64,000 nucleotides of DNA, taken from assembly GCA_951406725.2 (NCBI GenBank), contig OX597822.1:12710001-12774000 (forward strand), in the 5' to 3' direction. A program made the position numbers and the translations under genes. Shown piece after piece: positions 53,986-64,000 of this stretch. Every line of letters starts with the position of its first letter. Positions within the stretch are counted from its first letter, which is position 1. The notes below the pieces were generated by a model that worked only from the letters and a program-made list of their open reading frames with translations, searched no databases and was not told where the DNA came from. Source of the DNA: Octopus vulgaris (lineage: Eukaryota).

Positions 53986-56900
53986 CTCCTTTCCTCTGGA
54001 GGCTCCACGACTACCGGAATGTAGCACACAGCATCGAATCGACCATCATTGTCAGGGTCACCCTGCGCCCGAAATTGAATTATGCTTAATGCAAGTATAT
54101 CCTTAAAGGGTCTCTATTATCATCTAGGATGATACACAGAGGACATTTCTACCTCATACTGACTCTGTTGAATATGACAGATTTTTATTCAGCCTGTCGG
54201 CTAATTGCAAATACAGTAGATATTGTCTTAATATATGATTGTCATTGAGTACTTGCACCGCAAAGCGCAAAATGGCTCAAACTCGCATCCGACACTCTCA
54301 CAACCGCTGTTGGAAGGTTTTTGTTTGCTATAGATATAATAGTATTTTAAAACTCAGTAAGTCCTGAAGAAATAATGTATCCAAGCAAATGCCATAGTTA
54401 CGACTTTTACTCAATATATTTACATGATACATGATACACAGATAACCATTTCAATCTAATACTGGATATTCAGCCGGTGGGACAATTACAGCACCAGAAG
54501 TTTTTCATTCACAGTTATCTCACACCAGAATCGGCGGATTATGTCTTAGCATGCGGTTGGTAGTGTATAGAAGCAGAAATGTGAATCTAGAAATTTCAGA
54601 GCCACCACTGGTAGATTTCCGGCCGTTACTGATACATATGTTTCTATAACATTGAGTATCCATAAAAAACATTATCTCCGGATTTATACCGCAAATAATT
54701 GGCCTTTTGATTATGTATTTACATTAGCTATGATATGCAGGTGGCTAATATATTCTTATACATGTTTCATATAACGGATTTATTTGCCTAAGAATTCAGA
54801 TGCCTGTGAATGCTTTATTCAGATGATACTAAAGGAAGCAGAAATCTCGATTTAACAATTTAACACCGACACTTCTGGATAGTTTTCATCTTATACTGCT
54901 GAATGTCTGTGACTTTTAGCACTATGCTCGAGGAGAATACCATAGTTTTGAGTCTTTCTACACTGTATCCATGTTAAGTATATTTACAGAATACTATTTT
55001 GAGATGATACCGCTTCCATCGTTAATATCAAACATACTCACAGCTACACGCACACGCAAATGTATGAACATTTTTATATTCTATATATATTCTATATATC
55101 ACCCTTGGGCCCCCTCCCGCAAACAAGATTATCCTTATTACATTTATTTTGGATATGACCATCATCATAATTGTAATTGCTGAAACCATTATTGCTGTCA
55201 TTATTAAAATAACAACCATTTATTTTCTCATCAGGAACTCCTTCATCGTCATCACCACCACCAACACCAATATTACCACCCACTAAACCCCACCCACTAA
55301 ACCCCACCCACTAAACCCCACCCACTAACCCCCCCCCCACCACCACCCGCTACTCTACCACCCCACCACCACCATCACCATCATTATCATCATCATCATC
55401 GTCATCATCATCATCATCATCCTTTGTTTTTTTTTATTTTTTGCTCTTAACTGTTTAGATTTGTTTGTTTACAATAACGAGGCCCACACAAAAGCCGAGA
55501 GAATTTATCACCGTAATAATGTGTTAGTTAACTTTATTTAACCGGCGCCATATAACGAATATAATTCTTTCTAATTGTACGTCTCCAGATCTGATATTTT
55601 TAGAGGGTTTCTTTCCACCACAAAATATTTTTGTCTGTATCCGACCATTGTTGGACTTCCTCATTAATGAATGCAACAAAAAAACAAAAACAACAACATA
55701 CTCTACAAAAACAAAACAAGCACAAAAGACAAAGGGGAATCAAATATACCAATCAATATTAACAATCGAAGCTTGGGACATATTATCACGCAGAACAATA
55801 CTTCATGCTGCATTCTTATGATTTAGAAAAGAATGTTTGGAAATTATTTTTGTTGTTGCTTTCTTTTTATATTCCTCTGTACGTTTTTTTTTTAATTTCA
55901 TTCTATGTATTTTCGTATTTGATTGTTGCATTCGATTCGTATTTTGTTGGTGTTGTATTGTTGCAGTCCTTGTTGCTGTTGTTGTTGTTGTTGTTGCTGT
56001 TGTTGCACTATATTTATTAAACTTTTTAATAATATTTTCGGCGGCGGCGGCGTCATCATCATCATCATCATCAACATCACCATCATCATCATCGTTATCA
56101 TCATCATCACAGTCAACCTAACCTCAGTAGTTGTAGTATCAGACTTAATATATATAGCTATAGGAGTTATTTTATTATTATTCTAAATATTTTTGTATTT
56201 TTGTATTAATTATTTATTTTTTGTTTATTTATTTGGCATGGTAATGATTTCTAACTTAAAGTAAAGATTTAACAATAATAACAACACCAATTGCAACAAC
56301 AGCAACAACAACTACAGCAAATTAGTTTCTATAATTCATTACAGACAATACAAAACGCCACAGAAAAGGGTTTACAAAACTTATGATCATAAACAGGCTC
56401 TCATTCATTCATATACGTTTGAGTGTATAAATACAGAAAACTATACTTAAAAAAACTCCCTCTTAATTTCTATCTCTCTCTCTCTCACGTTATTTTTCAA
56501 CTACATTATGCGTTTATATAATCGGGGCGTAGCAAATACATGATACATCTTAAAACTTCTTAAGAATTGGTACAGCCTTAAAACAAATATATGAAATTTA
56601 AGGGCCACCAGCCAATAATAAAGTTAGAAATCTTCCCATTCGGAGGATCAGGTTTTTGTCAGAATGCAGAGTCCGTCTTGTTCTGATCACTTTCAAAAGC
56701 CTGGGTGCTTTAAAATTGCTTTTGCATGTTTTTGGTTCAGTTCACAACACCGTGAATGGTAGCACAAGTATAATTCAATATTACCTCAGACGCTGACTCC
56801 AATAAAGCGTTTTTTTGTAGTTTTTGTTAATTATCGGACGTTTGTTACATGTTTCAATTCCTCTTTCTCGAGCAAGGCTCACATTCGATTTCTCAGTAGA

Positions 56901-57623
56901 AAATGTCGCCATTTTCTAGTTCAGACTTCTCCTTATGGATAGCAGTGATATTCTCTCTCTCTGTATGGATAACCACTTCTTAATGTACTCATAGAAACTT
57001 TTCTTTGCCTTTTCTCTAATTTCATTCATTTTCTTTATCATCATTTTTTATTTTACAATCGTCAACATATTCCTACTATTTTTTCTAGAAGTTCATTTTC
57101 TCCTGATTGACCCAAGATGTCTTGCCTGGAATTACTATTGTCTCCAGTCAAACTTTTGTTCTGTTAGTTCATTTCTCGGCTTCCGTCCTCATCGTACGGC
57201 ATTAGAGCGAGTGAAATCGAGAATAACCGGATTTTGTTTTTCCCTCTAGCTATTATCCAGATTATCGCCAATTTTATGCAAGCATTAAATATGCGCCTGT
57301 TATAAATGTAATTTCCCTCTGTCATATTTCATGTCATTCTCTACATAATTTCTACTTCATCTCAGCAGAAGAACCACATGTGCCATTTACTAAGTAAATA
57401 ATAGATTTGTGATATTTGCTCACCAACATGATGTGTTGGAGCTACCAGGGCAAGAACTACGAGACCAAGATGTCTCTTCAATGATAGTGTTTTACCTGCA
57501 TTCTGATATACAAGTGTGATGTGGTTACTACTAATCCAAGTATGAAGAGAAAACACAACAACGCGAGGACGTGGAACTAGTATAGTGTTATTGGACGCTC
57601 AGGAAAGGAAAGAAAGAAGGAGG

Positions 57624-57658
57624 ATTTAACGTTTCGAGCGGAGCTCTTCGTCAGAAAT
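57624..57658 (-). ncRNA. Minimal type I hammerhead motif with canonical CUGACGA core
   Basis: Minus strand reads attt-CTGACGA-A-gagc(tcc)gctc-GAAACGTT-aaat. Confidence 0.75.
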
Positions 57659-57916
57659 ATAGAAAAAGGAAAGATCCAAAGACGGAGGAATAAAAATCAC
57701 CAACGATACACACGCGGTCACATATATATGTATATATGTGTATAACTATATATTACATGTGTGTATGTAACGTATGTATGTATTTACAATTTACAAACAC
57801 ACACGATTGTTTATAATTAAGATTATGCTATATCTTTTACATTTTACTTTTACTGGAAAATGGTAGCATGGCTTTTTTATATAATGGGATCAACATAATG
57901 GGATCAACATATTCAC

Positions 57917-57984
<68 letters not shown>

Positions 57985-58439
57985 CTAATAATGAGTATAA
58001 TTCCTTCTTCTGTAAATTAAGTGATTTTATTAAGTCATATAATTAAGAGACACTGAAGAAATCCAACCACATCGAAATAATAGCAGTATGCCAATGTTGA
58101 CGATTTCAAAGTTTTCAGAAACAGGAAGAGAAATTCAATTAAATATCTACACAAAACAACGAAACATGATTTTTCGAGATGTTTCTTCCTCTGTCTATGG
58201 AAAAGAAATGTGTATGGAATCATGATAGAGCTTCCATTGATACAAACAATTCGAAGCGATGGCTGGAAAATCCTAATTTGCATGACACAGGTCATGAGTG
58301 CATAGGAATGAGTATATCGCTGGCCACATATGTACAAAGGAGTGTGTGTATAAAAACGTGAATAGGAATCGCTGAAGTTAAACTATTACTCCCGACAACA
58401 GAGAACATCCAACGAAATAGCGGCAGAAACATCTGCATT

Positions 58440-58625
58440 AGTCATTTACGTATGACAGAAACGTCGCTGAGATTGTTCTTAGCAATATCTCAATCGGTAT
58501 GTAAATTTCTCTCTGCCTGTTTCTTTCTTCCACTATCTGCTATACAACAAACGAAATGCGATCAATGTAAAGGAAATATTTTTCTTCTAGTGAAATGCTT
58601 TCATTTTTTACATTCGCTAACCCTG
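58440..58625 (+). pseudogene. Possible piggyBac C-terminal cysteine-rich remnant
   Basis: TKCDQCKGNIFLLVKCFHFLH resembles the CxxC..LC..CFxxFH end of piggyBac transposases. No TIRs were identified. Confidence 0.25.
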
Positions 58626-59377
58626 TATATTGTAAATAATAGACAAACGGGACCTCATTCGCTCGATATTGGAGAAGCCCAGAACAGATCGAAATAGCAA
58701 AAACGGAAAAGGAAAATTTAATTAAATGATTGCATAACGATAATGTATTTTAGTGCTCTCACCTCACTTAAAACGGTCTCTTTCCCTTGTTTCCGTATAT
58801 GCTTGCATTCTTATATATACATAAAATATGCAGATACACACACACACACACACACACACATGCATTTATATTGAATATTGTTTATTTATATCAAGTAATA
58901 TACAAAAAGAATTTAACTTTATACTGAAGGAATTACACTCTAATTCTTGCTAAAGTGCATGTTATATAAGGAGAAACTTCACAGTGACTTTGAAGATTCG
59001 ACTTATTCGCCTGCATCAGACTAACGAACTATAACGAACTAAATATAGGCTTGTGCGTATATATGTGTGTGTGTTCACATATATTACACACACACACTCA
59101 CACACACATACATTATGCTGAAGTTTGATAAGGCAAGGTCTGTAGAGCGTCCCGAAAATGTAGAACAATGTAAAGAGACAGAATGAGAAGAAACACCGCA
59201 TGGCGATAATTCTTCTCGTTCTTTACGTTACGGGTTCAAATCCCACCAAAGTCAATTTTGGCTTTGAAACCTTCGACCTCGAAAGAATTAGGAACCATTG
59301 AAGTACCTACGGGATATGTTCAGCAGTACTTTTCCAACAGATTTAATGGCTATCCTAAGTTATGTCAGTACAGTACA

Positions 59378-59780
59378 GTACAGGAGTGGCTGTGTGGTAA
59401 GTAGCTTGCCTACCAACCGCATGGTTCTGGTTTCAGTCCCACTTCGTAGCACCTTGGGCAAGAGTACTATAGCCTCGGGCCCACGAAAGACTTGTGAGTG
59501 GAATTGGTACACAGAAACTCAGAGAAGCCCATCGAGTATATGTATATATATATATATGTGTGTGTATGTGTGTGTGTGTATGTGTGTGTGTGTGAATGTA
59601 TGTATGTTTGTGTGTCTGTCTTTGTCCCCCCACCATTGCTTGACAACCGATGCTGGTGTGTTTACGTCCCTGTAGTTCAGCGGTTCGGCCAAAGACCAAG
59701 AGAGCAAGTCCCAGGTTTTACAAAACGTAATAATAAGGTGGTGCCCCAGTATGGCCGCAGTCTAATAATTGAAACAGGTG
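59378..59780 (+). mobile_element. SINE family A copy (diverged)
   Basis: Homology to 8558-8955. Confidence 0.85.
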
Positions 59781-59928
59781 AGTAGAAGATAACGACGATG
59801 GCGATGACAATGATGATGTCACTGCCACTTTTAATACTGATGATGATGATGATGATGAAGACTTTAACACTGATGTTCAAGATGATGACAATGTAGACGA
59901 TGACAACTAACACCACCACTATGACAAC

Positions 59929-59960
<32 letters not shown>

Positions 59961-60422
59961 CGGTGACGGCGACGATTGATAACGATAACGATTCAATATG
60001 CTGCCGTTATTTTTCCAATTCCTATTTACGGAATCCTTGGCATTTGTCTGCAATATAAAAATAGTTATCGTCCATATTTTCTCTTGTTGATAACGTTCCT
60101 ATTGTTCTTTAGGTTGTCATTGATTTTCATGCTGCTGTTGTTGTTGTTCTCTTACTTCTTCGTCTTTATTCCTTTTCTTTTTCTTCTTTTTTTTTATTTT
60201 TCGTCTTCGAATTCTTCTTCTCTTCGCTCTAAAAACATTCATAGATTTTTTTTTTTGTTTGTTTGTACATGTTATGCATTTTGGTCAGAGGCTATAATAA
60301 AAGCAATTGTTGTTGACAATTATCAAAAGAACCAACATCATCGAAGTTATTACCGCCGCCACCACCAACACCACCACCACCTCCACCATAATCATCATCA
60401 TTATTATCATCGTCGTCGTCGT

Positions 60423-60465
<43 letters not shown>

Positions 60466-60688
60466 GTCGTCGTCATGATCGTCATCATCATCATCATCAT
60501 CATCGTCGTCGTCGTCGTCGTCGTCATGATCGTCATCGTCATCGTCATCATCATCATCATCATCAGCGCCAGCAGTACCAATAGCAGTATTTTCGATGTC
60601 TTTGTCCGTATCGTAGCCATTATCATCAACTCCAGCGGTGCCATCACCGTAATTACCACGTTAGGAATAATAATAATAATGATAACTA

Positions 60689-60817
<129 letters not shown>

Positions 60818-63800
60818 TACTGAAGATAATAATGTTTATCATCATCACTATCTCCCTAATCAATATTGAAAAACAATTGATGAAAACAACAACTGTAAAA
60901 ATATTGTAAGCAAAAATAAAAAAAAATAAAAACTATAAAATAAAATAAAAGCAAATGTATTTTTTTGTGAATGAAAGAAGCATGAATCGTATTAAAATAG
61001 ATAATATCAACAAGTACAAATATAGAAACAACAACAATATTAGGAAGAACAACAACAAGAACTATACCAAACCATAATGAAGTGTATAATATCGGTGGCA
61101 ATTAGAAAATCGATAGAAAATCAATAAAAAGAATGGAAAAAAGAAAGAAAGAAAGAAACAACGAAAAGAGACACGAAAACGTTATTATCAATAAAAACAA
61201 TGAAATCGGGGAAAAAAACTTATGGCGAAACAGAAGCAGACAACACATGCAGCAACAACAACGAGGTGACTAAAGTAATACCAAAAATAAAAAAAGAAAA
61301 AGAAATAGTACACAATTACAAGAAGAAAAATATAATACCAACAATGGTTTCAATTTTTGGCACAAGGCCGGCAATTACGGGGGAGAGGTCATTACATTGT
61401 CCTCTCTCCCGTAAGTCGATTACATTGACTCCAGTGATCACCTGCCGCTTAATTTATTTATTCTGAAAGGATAAAAAGCAAAGTTGACCTCGGCGGAATT
61501 TGAATTCAAAACCTAGCGGCAGACGCGCCCGGTGTGCTAACGACTCTGCCAGCTGGCCGCCTTGTTCCTTCATACAATATAATATAATACGAACAATATC
61601 AACAACGATTGCTTTTGTGGGGGAGGAGTGTAGTCGATTGTCGCAACCCCAATAATCAACTGGTACTTGAAAACACGAAAGGAAAAGTCGACCTCAACGA
61701 AATTTTTACTCACTATCTAAAGACGGGTGACCCGCCGCTATGCATTTCATCCGGCATTCCAACGATTCCAGCAGCTCGCTGCCTTAATATAATGATTTCA
61801 TATTTTAGTACAAGGCCTGGAATTTCGAAGGAGGGAGCAATTTGATGACATCGACCTCATTACTCAACTGGTACTTATTCTATCAACGCTGAAATGATAA
61901 AAGGCTGAGTAAACCGCGGCAGAATTTGAACTGTAAATAGTGAGAGTTAAGACAGACACAATGCAGCTAATCGTTTTGTTCGACGTCTTTACGACTCTGC
62001 CAGTTTGCCGCCACCGTAATGATGCTGAGGATTTCAAACATTAGCAAATAGTCATCAATTTAGGCTTATTGGCCGGTCAATACAAGTGGAAAGCGAATGC
62101 TGCAGATACTTTTAACTATCAGTGACTGATGAAAGGTAAAGTCAACTACAGCAAGGTTTGAGCTCAAAATATAAAATAGCGTAATTAAATAGTAGAAGGT
62201 CTTTTCAGTTATTATCTATCGCGTTTGCTTTCCATTGGCTTTAGTAATAATAACTTACAAATGCACCAAATCTACTCTAAGAATAGATAAATTAATTAAA
62301 ACCGAGATCATTAAATTAGATCCAAACACTGAAATCAGGGAATTAAAGTAGGATACAAACTAGCCATCCCAATAATTATCTTCAGCACCGACGTAATAAA
62401 TTTAAAGTGAACTGCAGAGATTAGACAGGAAAGTTTGGAAACTATTGAAAGCGTTGAGGTACGGCAATCATAAAGCCGATATACATAAGATATATCTGTA
62501 AAATATATCTATCACCACTGCTGAGAGAAGGCTGTGTTTGATGCAAATGTAGTGTTCTTTTAAATTAAATTCATTGAGTCTGGAAAATAGTTTGAAGCAA
62601 ACGAACTGAAAATGATTAGTATAATACGGGAAGATGGATGAAATGACTAAAGTTAAGTTTCTCACTATTATTATATACGATGAAATTACAATTGGGAACT
62701 TATTGAAAAGGAAAGAAAAAAGCATTTTATAAATCAGTAAAAATATATGAACAAATAAAACAGAATACAAAATAGAAATTTCTACTCCATGATATACTAA
62801 AGAAAGTGCTAGAAAGAGAATCGTTTCCTGACCAACACGATTGAAAACTGGAAAGGGAGAAAGTTTTAATGTCAACAAGAGTGCAATGTTCTTCAGCGGC
62901 TGCAAAAGAGATGTGTTTCACAGCTCTCACAGTTCTCAGCTAGGAATCTCTGAAAAAGGCCTGGCTTACCATATGATAAAGATATATTTTCGACCATATT
63001 GACAGGAAATCATGTAAAGAGGAAACCAAATGTGAATCAAACGGGAGACAACAAATATGAGATATCCAGTTTTTTTCAGAAGGATTGAAACACTAATAGC
63101 AGATAGATCAACTGAGAATCGAAACCGACTTAGAGACATTCCAGTTCTTGTCTACGCTATAGCGTTAACCATTCAATACAGCTAACTCGTAGACAACCTG
63201 CAAGAAGTAACAGTTAAATCTCTCTAAAATAATATCCTACAGTAGTCACGATATGGACACATGCGATGTGATCATAGATACGGTGGATGGGAGAAAAGAA
63301 ATAAACAAAAATAATAGAATTTATTAATGACAATCATAATATGCTATAAAGTATATTAAACGCTTTTATAAGTCGATACTATAATCTACTGTGTTAGCAG
63401 TGCTATTACAGCATTTCTTAAGGCTGTCTCTACAGATATTATATATAGATTAATAACCAGCCCTAATTTTCGTTACGATGTTAGTTATCAGCGACGTCAG
63501 TTGTGAACAAACACAGAAATAGAAGAAGGCAATCGGGTAATGGGTGTATATGCTCTTTTTTCAGTAGGTTTTGCACCTCCGATGACAATGTACGGAATGC
63601 AATGTGAACATTGGTGTCATTCTGTCAGAACTAAAACAGCGTGCACATACAAATGCTGTTTAAATATCCATCGGTACGGGCTCACCTCAGCTGCTAAAAA
63701 GAACAATGACATCCGATTAAAATCGCAGATTCGAATATGTTTTGCCTGAGAAATGTTGTCCTACATAAAAGACATTGGTTATAGCTAGAAAGTCTTTGTT

Positions 63801-64000
63801 CATCTTGCTGAGGTAACTTTGAGCTAAACAACAGCAGATGACAAGTAATATGTATAAACATTTAGTTAAATGCAGGCGCAAACGGGGCTGTGTAATAAGA
63901 GATCGACCTCCAAAGCATACAACAGAGTTCCTGATTTGGGGTAAAATAAAATGCAGGAGGATCAGTTTATTATAATTTTATTCATCATACACTGTTCTCG

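Noticed and set aside
56660-56700. THAP-like CSDHF motif
   Set aside because: It requires a frameshift and the other THAP residues are not evident.
62280-63200. Possible very old non-LTR RT remnant
   Set aside because: It is A-rich and LINE-like in composition, but no RT motif could be read reliably.

Overview
AT-rich, microsatellite-dense eukaryotic DNA; the SINE and microsatellite content suggests a cephalopod (Octopus-like) genome, which is an inference. No host protein-coding gene can be called with confidence; there are only two weak minus-strand exon candidates. Nearly all interpretable sequence is transposable elements. These are a near-intact ~5.3 kb Helitron (HUH Rep plus PIF1 helicase) and two non-autonomous Helitrons, two decayed mariners and a MITE, three R4/Dong-type non-LTR fragments in (TAA)n tracts, CR1, RTE and Penelope fragments, a solo LTR, an ORF1-only (CCHC) retro-copy and many tRNA-headed SINEs. 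The most notable signals are: (1) six minimal hammerhead-ribozyme motifs in two families, one forming a tRNA-head + (AAT)n + hammerhead SINE; (2) the large Helitron lies at the centre of a flanking palindrome and is broken only by two 1-nt frameshifts; (3) a Nin-type SINE forms head-to-tail multimers with the same junction at independent loci; (4) a non-autonomous Helitron carries a fragment homologous to the ORF1-only element; (5) a ~550-bp non-coding element inserts into (TAA)n. All alignments, translations and folds were done by eye; no database searches were run.
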